64,000 nucleotides of DNA, from positions 1,798,001 through 1,862,000 of the forward strand of contig NC_043010.1 in assembly GCF_006345805.1 (NCBI RefSeq). Reading direction: 5' to 3'. This document shows positions 11,248 through 22,825 of this stretch, one piece after another. The stretch is from Octopus sinensis (lineage: Eukaryota). A model generated the notes under the pieces. It was given only the letters and a program-made list of their open reading frames with translations. It was not told the origin of the DNA and made no database searches. Position 1 is the first letter of the stretch; each line of letters starts with the position of its first letter. A program made the position numbers and the translations under genes.

Positions 11248-12559
11248 CATCCAGTATTGTAAACGTTCCATGATCTCCTTGGGATAGCAGTCGATAATAT
11301 GTAGAAGCGTAGGGATCGGTAGAGGTATCAAATGCTGACCATGTAGTGGTCTTTGTAAGACACTCTGTGTGTGGGTCGCGGATTGATTGTCAATAAAACA
11401 TAGTACACTTAACAAATATTTCAAACCTTTTACATTTCTTAATGATACAATGCCTCAAATTTATAGAGAATATGAAGTTGTGGTGTTTATGCCATGCTTA
11501 ATGGTTGCTTGGCAGCAAGTAACGTATCGAAGGTAATATATATCGATAAAGCACCTCAGACAATTTTGGCGGCTGAACAGCGTGCAAGGGACGCAACTCA
11601 TGCATTTCTATTTGCGTTACACGAACAGTTTGCAGACTTGTTTTAATAATTCCAATCTATGTTTGTCTATATTCAACTTCAAAATTATGAACGTTCATAT
11701 GAGCGTATGTGTTTGCTGGGGTGTGTACGAGCGTAACTTAGTGTGTATAATTGTGACAATAAATGTGTTTATGTATAAGTGTGATTTCAAATTAATGTCA
11801 AAACACACGCATTATATATACATGTGTGTATATATATATATACATATATATATAAAAACAAGTCAAGATAGAAAATGCTAAAATAATTTTATAAATAACA
11901 TTTCAGTTATATATATATATATATATATATACACATCTATATATATATGTGTGTATGTGTGTATGTATCATTGTGAATATGTACCATCATATGTATGTTT
12001 TTCATCACATATTCACATATAATTATAAACATGTATATTATACATATACACATGAAAATTATCGATTTGCTTTTGTTGCGTTTTTTTTTAATATATTTTT
12101 CTTCTTCGTTGGTTCGTTCTTCCCTTCATCAATTTTAATTATACGCGAGTCTGTAAACAGGACGTTGATAGATGTCACTGGAGCTGGAAGATTTGTTGGG
12201 TTCTTCTTTCGTTTTCTCTTTTTCTGTCTCTTAGTATTTATAGTAGTCACGTTTAAAAAAAGAGAAACGTCAGCCCTTATACAAGAGCAGCGAAAGAGAA
12301 TGATAGAAAGACGGATGGTGATATATAAAGTTTTCTTGTCGACCTGGCAACATCGTTAAATCATTTAAATCGTGGAGTCCATTAAACGAACTATTTGAGG
12401 TTCGATTTCAATTGCCGTCATTGCGTGGCTTTTCGCTAAAATCTTATAAAATTTATTTCTCAATAGAAATATTGAACCATATTTCGAAACGTACACAATC
12501 TTGCTTCAGTCATAGAGCCACGACCATGCTGGGGTCTAATCGAGCCGTTCGAACCTTAC

Positions 12560-12940
12560 CTTTTTACCTTTTACTTGTTTCAGTCATTAGACTGCGGTCA
12601 TGCTGGGGCACCACCTTGTCTTTTTTTTATATAGCGGGCCTGGGGTCAAAGTCTGGCACTTGTCATTTATTCTACTGACCTTTTTTGCCGAACCATTGTT
12701 ATAAGGAGGTAAACAAACCAGTACCCGTTGTCAAGCGGTAACAATTACACAAACACACACATGCATATACTCATACATACATGCACGTGAGCTTCTACGC
12801 GCCCTTCGTCTTCCAAATACATTCCCTAAGGTACTGGTCGGCCCATGGCTAGAGTAGAAAACATTTGCCCAAAGTGCCGCACTGATTCCCAAAACTTCGA
12901 GGTTACAAAGCGAAGTTCTGAATCACAGAACCATGACTGC
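12560..12940 (-). mobile_element. SINE family A, diverged
   Basis: cttttacttgtttcagtcattagactgcggtcatgctgggg start; ttgcccaaagtgccgcac near the head. Confidence 0.75.
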
Positions 12941-13147
12941 TCCTATAGTTTGTAGCAATACATAAACCCGGAGGAGAAGCACACTCTAAGGTGTAAAGCA
13001 GTTAATATTATAGTGGGGCAGGCCGGTTAATGGGGTTACACTGGGTTTCTCGCTCATAAAGGGTTTAACCTTACGGCATATCTTCAGACCCCAAATCACT
13101 ACTGGCCTGAAACTAGTTTAAAATAAACCGACCTACATGATACGTGC

Positions 13148-13304
13148 AGGCGTGGCTGTGAGGTAAGGAGCTTGCTTCCCAACCACATGGTTCCGCGTTC
13201 AGTCCCATTTCGTGACACCTTGGACAAGTGTCTTTTAGTATAGCCTCGGCCTGACCAAAGCCTTACGAGTGGATTTGCCAGGCGGAATCTGAAAGAAGCC
13301 ATTC

Positions 13305-13364
<60 letters not shown>

Positions 13365-13555
13365 GTGTGTTTGTCCCCCTGCCATCGCTTGAAACCTATG
13401 TGTTCGCGTCCCCGTTACTTAGCGGCTCGGCAAAAAAAGACCGATAGAATAAGTACTAGGCTTACAAAGAATGTCCTGGGGTCGATTTCTTTGACTAAAA
13501 TCGCCTGAGGGCGTTGCTCCAGCATAGCTGCAGTCACATGACTGAAACAAAAGAA
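13148..13555 (+). mobile_element. SINE family A
   Basis: caggcgtggctgtgaggtaagg head through gactgaaacaaaagaataa. Confidence 0.85.
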
Positions 13556-13681
13556 TAAAAATATGAATATATATATGAAGTGTCTTGCTCAAGGAAACAA
13601 CACACGGCTCAGTGAGGAAATCGAACCTACGATTCTAGCTTACAATCGTGAGCCCCAAATTCCAATCACTAAGCACTGCGA

Positions 13682-13716
<35 letters not shown>

Positions 13717-13724
13717 TAAATATA

Positions 13725-13880
13725 GGAGTGGCTGTGTGGTGTGTAGCTTGCTTACCAACCACATGGTTCCGGGTTCAGTCCCACTGCGTGGCATCTTGGG
13801 CAAGTGTCTTCTGCTATAGCCCCGGGCCGACCAAAGCCTTGTGAGTGGATTTGGTAGACGGAAACTGAAAGAAGCCCGTC

Positions 13881-13919
<39 letters not shown>

Positions 13920-14128
13920 TGTGTGTGTTTGTGTGTCTGTGTTTGTCCCCCTAGCATTGCTTGATAACCGATGCTGGTGTGTTTACGTACCCGTTACTTA
14001 GCGGTTCGGCAAAAGAGACCGATAGAATAAGTACTGGGCTTACAAAGAATAAGTCCCGGGGTCGATTTGCTCGACTAAAGGCGGTTTTCCAGCATGGCCG
14101 CAGTCAAATGACTGAAACAAGTAAAAGA
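13725..14128 (+). mobile_element. SINE family A, near consensus
   Basis: Complete, CpG-retaining copy ending gactgaaacaagtaaaagag. Confidence 0.9.
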
Positions 14129-14682
14129 GTATATATATATATAATATATATATATATACACACACACACACCACACACACACACACCGTGAGAAATCGGT
14201 TAAGAAGTGAATAAGTGAATTTGAAGTAGCACAGTATAAATTAGATTTTTTTTTTTTTCAATATTGGAAGAATTTGAATTATGTCTCGAATGCTTTTTAT
14301 TCTTTAATGGATTGTGACCGTGCCTAGGCACTGACTTTAAAACTTTCGTCATTCGAATTTAAAGGGAAGTAATCGATACAAAACCGAATGACAAGATAAT
14401 CAGGAAAAACGCGACCGGTTATGATTTTTTCGTGACAATCAGGAGAACGTCGGACAAAATACTGAACGGTATTTCTTCCTACTCCTTCCGTCCTGAGTTC
14501 AAATACCACACAGGTTGACCTTACATTTTCTGAGGTCGATGGTATCGACTAACCCACTTTCCCCAAAAATAGCTGGCCTTGTACCAAACTTCGAAACTAT
14601 TATTGTTATTATTGTAATCTTATTTTTGTTGGCCCATGTGGCTAATAAAAGTATTATTATTATCATTATTATTATTATTATT

Positions 14683-15237
14683 GAGTGAAAGAGCAGTGCA
14701 TGCCATCAAAGGGACATTGGGGTAAAATATACGAAGCCCAGTATACCCATCACGACTACCCATCTGATAAGGGTACACCAGGCACATGCATCACAACCAT
14801 ATGTGCGTGACATGGTGATCTCATATCAAGATAAACAGCACATGACCTTGCAGGTGGGGCCCAGTTAGAATTTTCTGCTGGTCGAGTAGCCCATCCCGCT
14901 CAAAAGGTCCCTGAATAAGGGCTGTTTAAAGATGTTGAACGAACCACCCATGTTTCCAAAGATGAATTATCCAAACCCCAAAGAATCCCTCTCAACACAT
15001 GGCTATGATGCTCCCCTACTACTTCTGCTTGTGATCAGATATGCACATATCATCAGCCACTAAGGGACATGCTCAACTGGTTAAGGTCAAACAACTGACA
15101 AGCAAATCTGTGGTATTGAGCAGAATATTTGCTGTAGCCCATCTTTTATGCCAAGACAAAACTATGTACACGATAACACTTCCAATCAGTAAGAACAAAA
15201 GCCATGAGAGCCACTGCCTGGTACTGCATCAGGGCAT
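14683..15237 (-). mobile_element. 555-bp element lying inside a (TAA)n tract; putative non-autonomous Dong/R4-type retroelement
   Basis: (TTA)n on both sides (14652-14682, 15238-15253); minus-strand 3' end ctctttcactc-(AAT)n; no convincing ORF; clade assignment is inference. Confidence 0.55.
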
Positions 15238-15411
15238 ATTATTATTATTATTATACCACCCTTGCACAATTTTCGTCAACCAAATGCAATTCACCAAATA
15301 GTCGTTAAACACGAATTCATGATAGAATGAACTTGTTCATGTTATCGAACCGAGAAACACGTGTTAGAGAAGTGAACTTCAACCATACAGCCATTACTAC
15401 ACGCGTGTTAC

Positions 15412-15425
15412 ATTACCATAGCAAC
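15412..15425. promoter_or_regulatory. RFX X-box-like motif in CpG-retaining unique sequence
   Basis: attaccatagcaac versus consensus GTNRCCATRGNAAC; GTTGCC half-site at 15513; palindromes acacgtgt and acacgcgtgt nearby. Confidence 0.35.
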
Positions 15426-16384
15426 AACCACAAAACTATAGATTCTAAACGAGATACGTTTTATTCGTGAGAAAGAGTAGAAACGGTATTGCATCTAAGG
15501 GAGGATACTCTGGTTGCCTTAACACAAATTAGCGCAGCTTTGTGATTTATCGCCTGAATTTGTATTTTTATTTGGCAAGGATTAAAAAGAAATTAATTAT
15601 CAATCAGTTTACATTAATAATATAAACTTAGTTTTGGATAAGTTTGCCTGGTATGGGGGGAAAGTGGTGCTGGAGCCTATGTTCCGATGGCTCTTCGTCT
15701 GAGAAAGTGAGAGAAAGAGTGTTTGTGTTTGTGTGTGTGTTCACTCTTCGGTCTACGAATTTAGTGAAATTCCTTTCTCTATTTCATGGCGTTAAAACAC
15801 GCACGGGTATATTACAATAGATGAGCCCAAAATTTACGGAGCTCATATTCAAGCAAAAACAGTTTCAGTGCATTAAAGCAGGTAATCTATACAGGACCAA
15901 CTTCGCATAAAGCAGTAGGGGTGTATATTTTCAAGACATTCTTTGGAGGAAAACAAATTGTGCATATTCTATGCCATTAAATACAGTAACTTCACACTAC
16001 TTTTTTTTTTTTTTTTTTTTTTTTGTCTTTGGTAGGTGCTGGGTAACATGCTCCACCTAGGGCCTCCGAGAAAAGTTATACAAAGAAGTATGATGTTTTC
16101 CGACATTATGTAGAATGTGTGGGTACGGTTGGCTTTTTGCACAGATTCGCAGTTTGCAGGAACTCTTTCGGGGTCTCAGGGTCCCTCTTTGAATCTCTTC
16201 TCCCACCCCTACCACCCACCTCCCAATCACCACCTTCATTACATGAGCTAAAAAAAAATGTGCTGCTCTCCATATCTCAGTGGTCCTCAATGTACGAGGC
16301 ACTGGGGATTGGTTAAAAATTTAAGTAATTTGTGCAGAATTACTTTCTCTTTTTGAATATTATTTTGAAGTCTAAAATTTGATT

Positions 16385-16790
16385 TCAAAAAATGCGAAGA
16401 CCTGTTGAGGCAAGTGAAATTGAAATCGATCAAAAAATCAATGGAAATTGTAGTTGTGATACCAATGCCGGTGGCACGTAAAAAGCACCATCTGAACATG
16501 GCCGTTTCTAGCACCGTCTCGACTGGCTTCCGTGCCGGTGGCACATAAAAAGCACCAACTGATCGTGGCCATTGCCAGCCTCACCTGGCACCTGTGCCGG
16601 GGGCACGTAAAAAGCACCCACTACACTCACGGAGTGGTTGGCGTTAGGAAAGGTATCCGGCTGTAGAAACACTGCCAGATCAGACTGGAGCCTGGTGCAG
16701 CCTTCTGGCTTCCCAGACCCCAGTTGAACCGTCCAACCCATGCTAGAATGGAAAACAGATGTTAAACGGTGATGATAATGACAATGATGT
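16385..16790 (+). mobile_element. RTE LINE 3' UTR (family C), 5'-truncated
   Basis: 3x gtggcacgtaaaaagcacc, then gagtggttggcgttaggaa..., (GAT)n-like tail; same UTR follows the RTE ORF end at 44282. Confidence 0.8.
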
Positions 16791-17159
16791 ATAAATTATT
16801 GCTTGTTTTGTTAATCCTAATTTTCTTGCCATCAGTTAAGATTAACTTTCCCATACTCGTATGGGACAGATGAAATTCATTGAGGTAGATGTTCCAAGGC
16901 CAGATGCTCTTCCAGTTGCCAATCCTCACTTGTTAACAAGCGAGATAATGTTTGCCACTAGTTGTTCAAACATCACAAGAACTAGACACACTTTCAAAGG
17001 AGATGGGCAAGCATCAAGTGACATTTGTATCAAGTATGATAGTGACATTTGTCCACAACTAGCATGAGATGTGCAGATTACACGTGTGCGCACACATGGG
17101 TTTCTTTCAATTTCCATGCACCAAATCTGCTCACAAAGCATTGGTTAGCCTAGGGATAA

Positions 17160-17364
17160 GGTTCTGAAACGTTCTTGGTTTTGTGTAAAAGAAAATGCAG
17201 GAGGATCAGTTATGCTTTTATACAACACACTCTCCTCTCAGATTCACACACTTATGGCAGCAGTCCTTCAGTTTTTCTAAGTCATATAAAAGGTCTCAGA
17301 AGGTTTGGCCTCCACCCAGGCCTTTTGCGATACCCTTAAAACCAGGAACTTTCAGCAGCCCTCG
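17160..17364. mobile_element. Mariner-type MITE (~210 bp)
   Basis: Right TIR aaaaccaggaactttcagcagccctcg; internal sequence shared with copies at 17405, 58313 and 63296. Confidence 0.75.
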
Positions 17365-17367
17365 TGT

Positions 17368-17404
<37 letters not shown>

Positions 17405-17410
<6 letters not shown>

Positions 17411-17600
17411 TGCTGAAAAGTTTCTGGCTTTGGGGCAAAGAAAATACCGAAGGATCTTTTAAGATTTTATTTAACTTACTCCTCTCTAAAATTCACACAC
17501 CTATTGCTGCAGTCCTTCAGTTTTTCTGAGCCCTGTAAAAGAACTTGGAAGGTTGGGCCTCCACCCAGGCCTTTTGAGACACCCTTAAAGCCAGGAACCT
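17405..17600. mobile_element. Mariner-type MITE, second adjacent copy, right end truncated
   Basis: Left TIR cgagggtgctgaaaagtttctggcttt; separated from the previous copy by (CA)n. Confidence 0.75.
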
Positions 17601-17879
17601 CCTCAAAGTAGAAGGAATCTTTAGTAGAGATCCAAATTAAGTCAACTGAAATTAACCCTAGTTATAGACTGTTATTTCATTAACCCACGAAAGCTGAAAT
17701 GCAATATTGATGTCAGTGGAATTTGAACTCAGAATGTACAGAATGTCATAACTAAACTTTACAAAGTAATTTGATTGATACACAAGACCTACTCAACTTA
17801 TTGATTATCAAAATTTCTATCTGAGTGTTTGTATCAATCACACATTTATAGATTTTGTTCATGAAGATTTGTATGGATG

Positions 17880-18290
17880 AGAAGCTTGCTTTCCAGCTGT
17901 GTGGTCTCAGGTTCAATCCCCACACCCTGCAGCATCTTAGGCAAGTGTCTTCTGCAATAGCCTCAAGCCAGCCAAAGCCTTGTGTGTGGATTTAATAGAC
18001 AGAACTAAAAGAAGATTATGATGGTGTGTGTTTGTTTGTTTGTGTACACACCCTTGACCTGACATCACATGATATTTGCAAGCAAGCATCACCGTTATAC
18101 AAGAAATGCTGTTCATTTCCAGTCTTCCATGAAAATAATGTCTCGCCATAAGGAAACATTACCTTGATTGGAAACAAGTAAGGGTTGGTAACAAGAAAGA
18201 CATGATTATAGAAAATCTGCCTCAATAAACTCAGTCTGATCCATGCAAGCATAGAAAAGCGGGACGTTAAAATTATGATAATGGTTATTT
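17880..18290 (+). mobile_element. SINE with family A head and an RTE-like tail (A2)
   Basis: A head to aaagaag, then tail ...attaccttgattggaaacaagtaagggttgg...gggacgttaaa; similar tail at ~24650-24895 and ~47660-47790. Confidence 0.6.
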
Positions 18291-19749
18291 AAAGTGATTA
18301 GACCATCTCTGCCCTTTCTAAATCTGTGGCCTTGTGCCAAACCTGGAAATATCTTTAATGATAGTTCTTTATTATTGTATGGACACAAATATGGTAATTA
18401 GCTCAGCACTTGAGTTTTCATTAACTCTAGAAGGTTAAAAACTAAATATTGACCTAAGATTTGAACTACTATTTTTGACATTCCTTAGTTTGACTATTGT
18501 TACTAGAATGGACATTTGTGTGATCATTTTTACCTGTTAGAAAAAGCTGCTAAGATTCCACTTAGAGCACATGTTAATAAAAGGAAGGACACCTTGGGTA
18601 ATATACACGGTGATGCACTGCCTAAAAGATGGGATGGTCTTGATTGGAACACCTCTGACCTATATTGAACACCTACCATGTAGTGAAACTGAACTTGTGA
18701 TCTCATGATAACTGTATTGTAAATTCATTCACCATCACATTACATGATACACACACTCACTCATAAGGCTTGTGTGTCATCATTTATGTCTACTCTTTAG
18801 GTTGGAATGGGTGAGACAGATCATAATAATCTGAGTTCTTATTCAATTACTCCAGTCCGTTTATCTTTTATTTGTTTCAGTCATTAGATGTGGCCATCCT
18901 GGAGCATGGCCTTGAATTTTAGTCAAACAAATCAACCCAAGTATTTTTGTTTTTTTTTAAACCTAGAAGAGGGACAGTAATGCCAGGGAGTGATGGAAGA
19001 GACATCAGTGGGAGGAAGTGATGGAGGAGAGACAGCAATGGGAGGAAGTGACAGGAGAAAACTTAATGGTAGCTTTGTTTGCTGGTAAGAGAGTATGAGT
19101 GAGGGATACCCATAGAGATGGTCCTGAGTATAAAAGTGAGTGGTGTATTCCAATGAAAGAATTAGAGAAGAGGAAATGCTGACTTAGTACAGAAGGTTAA
19201 TGTTAGCTGATAAGAGAATAAGTGATTGAAAGCTGGACGATGGTGAAAGAGTGGCAGATGTCAGTGATGAGTGGCAGAGTGGCCTGTGGTAACAGAAGCA
19301 ACGTCAAGCAGTGCAGAAAGTGACAGAGATATTTATTGGAAACCAAGAATTCCATTGCAACCTCTCATGTCTGATTACCAAATTTGAAAGTGGACAAAAT
19401 TTCAGCTGCTGCAACTACTTATTTTACTTAATTTTAAAAAACTTTTTATGTCTTTTGTTTCCATCATTGGTCAGCGTCCAAGCTGGAGCACTATCTTTGA
19501 AGGGTTTAGTCAAACAAATCAGTGTTGGTACTTTTTGATTTTATTTATTTTCAAATAAATAAAAAAGTCGTTTTTGCTGAACTACTCAGTTACAAAGATA
19601 TAAACAAACCAATACCTGTTGTTAAGTGGTGGTGGTGGTGGTGGTGGTGGTGGTGGAGGTGAAACATTGATGATGGGATATGATAAGGAATGCATCAATT
19701 ATGATGGCCAATACATTCATGCATATATATATGTATATATATATATATA

Positions 19750-19992
19750 TATGATAGAAATGGTAAGACAACAAAAGCATGAAAGAGACCTCGATATTAT
19801 GTAAATAGAGGAATTTATCTGTAAATGTTATATGTAGCAATTATTTGGTAGCCATGAAAAAACACTGAGTTTTATCATTTTTTTCCAATGGCCGGATAAC
19901 TGAAGAGATGGCGGCATGGATTTCTACCCTGACGTCTAAAACTCAGAGTTTTGTCATGGCTACCAAATAATTGTCACATATTACATTTACAG

Positions 19993-19995
<3 letters not shown>
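19750..19995 (+). mobile_element. Short PLE-type element with ~60-bp inverted repeats and a degenerate hammerhead
   Basis: IR arms 19816-19874 and 19937-19995; GAUAA-CUGAAGA-GAUG...CGUC-uaAAAC-UCaGAG-UU-UUGUC. Confidence 0.55.
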
Positions 19996-20031
<36 letters not shown>

Positions 20032-20929
20032 ATATATTTATATATTATATTACATGAAGGGCTTTTATATTGATCTGCTCACCAAATTCACTAAAGGCAT
20101 GGTTGGTAAGAGGCTATAGTAATAGACATTTGCCTAAGCTACTGCACCATGGGACTGAACCCATAACCACATAGCTGCAAAGTGAGTTTCTTAACCAAAC
20201 AGCCAGGCCTGCACCTATAATAAATTTAAAACATTGATGATGCGATCTGATAAGGAATGCATCAATTATGATGGCCAATACATGTAGCTAAGGGATGATG
20301 ATGGGATTGACAATTTAGTCATCAACACTCTTGATTAAGATCCAGAATTAACCGATATTCCTGTTTCAGTTTTTGTGGCTCTGTGAATATTGATTTTCTT
20401 ATATTAGGACAAAGCCTTGTCTATTTATTCTGGAGGAATATAAATTCCACCGGATTGATCCAAAACCAGCCATACCACATATTTGACCCAAACACCCACC
20501 CACACCTACACTAAAGAAATTTGAACCCCAAACCAAGTTTGGATGAAATTAAATTCTTCAACCTACAAGCATTTAATCCATCGATTCTGTTTATGAGTTT
20601 AAAAACAATGATTTATGATATTGGCAAAAGGCCACATATTGCTTTCTTATCGTGGGATGGAAGGGTGGAATTCCTCCATCCATTAATGTTTGTCAAAATA
20701 AATCCATATCAAGCACTTCATTCATTAGTGCTTAGAATCAACTTAATGCCAACAGAACTTTGGTAATTGTGTTAAAATAATTCCAGTGAAATCTACTGAA
20801 TAATCTAACCTCAAAATTTTCCCCATGGTTTTTGATTTTTTTTTTGATTTTTGGCTTTTATTTATGCTTTTATTTTAATCTGATACAATACTCTACAATT
20901 AACGCTTAGCTAATGAGTTCAATGAAAAA

Positions 20930-21131
20930 GCCATTACATGGTCATTCATTCTGCTAGAAATAATAGCGAGGTTTACCCTCAAATCACTGTCTTACCTTCT
21001 TAAAAATAAGATGGCATTAAATAATGTATTTGCTGATAAACAAAGAAAGATAATATATAGAATATATAACATCCATACCTTGATCATATATTAAGGTACT
21101 ACAGCAGGACTGGCCTGTGGTTAAACAACAA
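20930..21131 (+). repeat. Dispersed repeat family F (SINE/LINE 3' tail-like)
   Basis: gctagaaata..gcc/gcg..ctcaaatca...(AAC)n; related copies near 8130, 18500, 29445, 35930, 55841, 57525 and 62065. Confidence 0.6.
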
Positions 21132-21551
21132 TACTTTTAGAGATGATAAACAGTTGCATTTCCTCCATCAGTCTATGTTTGATATCATAAATCTGTTTCT
21201 TCTGTTAATCCTTCTATACTCTGATTTGGTTCCATGCTCTACAAAATACTGGGTCTCCCAAAATAGGGCTCTGCTATTGGATTCAGTTTAGAATCATACT
21301 TAGAAGTTTGGCACTGTTGTTCCTCACTCTATTCTGTCCAAGCAGAGAAGCAGCTGCCTTGATTCCAGCAATGGTTTAATTAGCACTTTACAGAATTACC
21401 TGTGGAAGAAGGTCACTTACAGACACCCCAGTAGACACCCTGCATAGACGTGGGCCCTTCAGCTCTCATTTAGCTGCTCATTTTAAGAGAAGGTAACTCT
21501 ATACAGATCCTGCATTCTGATAAACTGGTATTCCATTGGTTACAATGAGTG

Positions 21552-21830
21552 TTTCAATTGATCCAATCAAAACAGAACAGCCTGCTTGTGAAATTAGCAT
21601 GCAAGTGGCCGAGTATTCCGCAGACATGCATACCTTTATAGTAGTTCACAGTGCGATTCAGCATGGCACACTTTGACAAGATTGGCCCTCTGAAATGATA
21701 CGGATAGAACTCCTTAGTGCCAGCTGAGTGGACTGAAGTAGTATGAAATAAAATGTCTTGCTCAAGGATACAGCACATGGCCACGGTCATGGGCTAAACA
21801 CCCTAAACACTCAGCCACACGTCTTCACAA
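21552..21830 (-). mobile_element. SINE family D1, diverged
   Basis: cagcctgcttgtgaaattagcatgcaagtggc and tgtcttgctcaaggatacagcac match 10179-10504. Confidence 0.75.
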
Positions 21831-22199
21831 TGCATTCTGATAACTACTAGGCTTGTGGGATTTGTTGCACCAGGTCAATACAAGTCTGAAGGACAAGAGA
21901 GTGGAACTGACAGTGGACAAACCGTGTTCACTGGATAATAATAATAATGCAGGTTGTTCAGCAAACCAAGACACTAGCTCCAACACCATCACACTTCCTT
22001 CATTTGTGGTGGCAGGGAAAGAGGTGACAGGGACAGGTAGAGATGCTATTACAAGCCTTCAGCTTTGACCCCTGCCCATGGGCAGTCACTGAATGAAGGA
22101 CAAAAGTACTGCTGTGTCTTGTTGAACCATCATTTGTCAAAGCAATGAGAGAATCCGAATCCATATTCTATGTGTTGTTCATCATTAGTACTCTTACTC

Positions 22200-22825
22200 A
22201 CTCTTTTACTTGTTTCGGTCATTTGACTGTGGCCATACTGGAGCACTGCCTTTAGTTGAGCAAATCAACCCCAGGACTTAATCTTTGTAAGCCTAGCACT
22301 TATTCTACTGGTCTCTTTTGCCGAACCACAAAGTTACGTGGGCGTATACACACCAGTATCGATTGTCAAGCGATGTTGGGGGGACAAACACACAAACATA
22401 CACGCACATATATATATACATATACGTATATATGACGATGGGCTTCTTTCAGTTTCCGTCTATCAAATCCACTCACAAGGCTTTGGTTGGCCCAAGGCTA
22501 TAGCAGAAGATACTTGTCCAAGGTGCCACGCAGTGGGGCTGAACCTGGAACCATGTGGTTGTTAACCCTTTCATTACTGTATTTATTTTGAGATGCTCTG
22601 TGTTTCTTTCAATTATTTTAAGTATAACAAAGAATTTAGTAAAATAAACTTAGTTATCATTAAACTAGTGTTAGGAACATAAATTGTGACTAAGGTTTGG
22701 TGGAAGATTTTAATTCAAAACTTATGAAAAAATGACATTTATACTACTGAGCCAGAGGTGGTTTCAGCCGGGTTGATAATGAAAGGGTTAAGCAAGCTAC
22801 TTACCACACAGCCACTCCTGCGCCT
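22200..22825 (-). mobile_element. SINE family A interrupted by a piggyBac-like MITE
   Basis: SINE sequence resumes gcaagctacttaccacacagcc directly after the second TTAA. Confidence 0.85.
22566..22787. mobile_element. piggyBac-like MITE (222 bp)
   Basis: TTAA|ccctttcatta ... taatgaaaggg|TTAA: 11-bp perfect TIR, TTAA TSD at 22562 and 22788. Confidence 0.88.

Noticed and set aside
16000-16316. T-tract acceptor and ORF 16119-16316 as exon 2
   Set aside because: All frames from the acceptor at 16036 hit a stop within about 26 codons; the segment has cagtggtcctcaa and gggcctcc motifs more like DNA-transposon debris.
18960-19350. Purine-rich segment as a LINE or PLE remnant
   Set aside because: Only vague similarity; no diagnostic motif.
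20340-20800. Unique segment with fragmentary reading frames
   Set aside because: I could not match any frame to a known protein or TE motif by eye.
21853-22068. ORF WDLLHQVNTSLKDKRVELTVDK...
   Set aside because: Coding-like but with weak splice sites and no recognisable domain.
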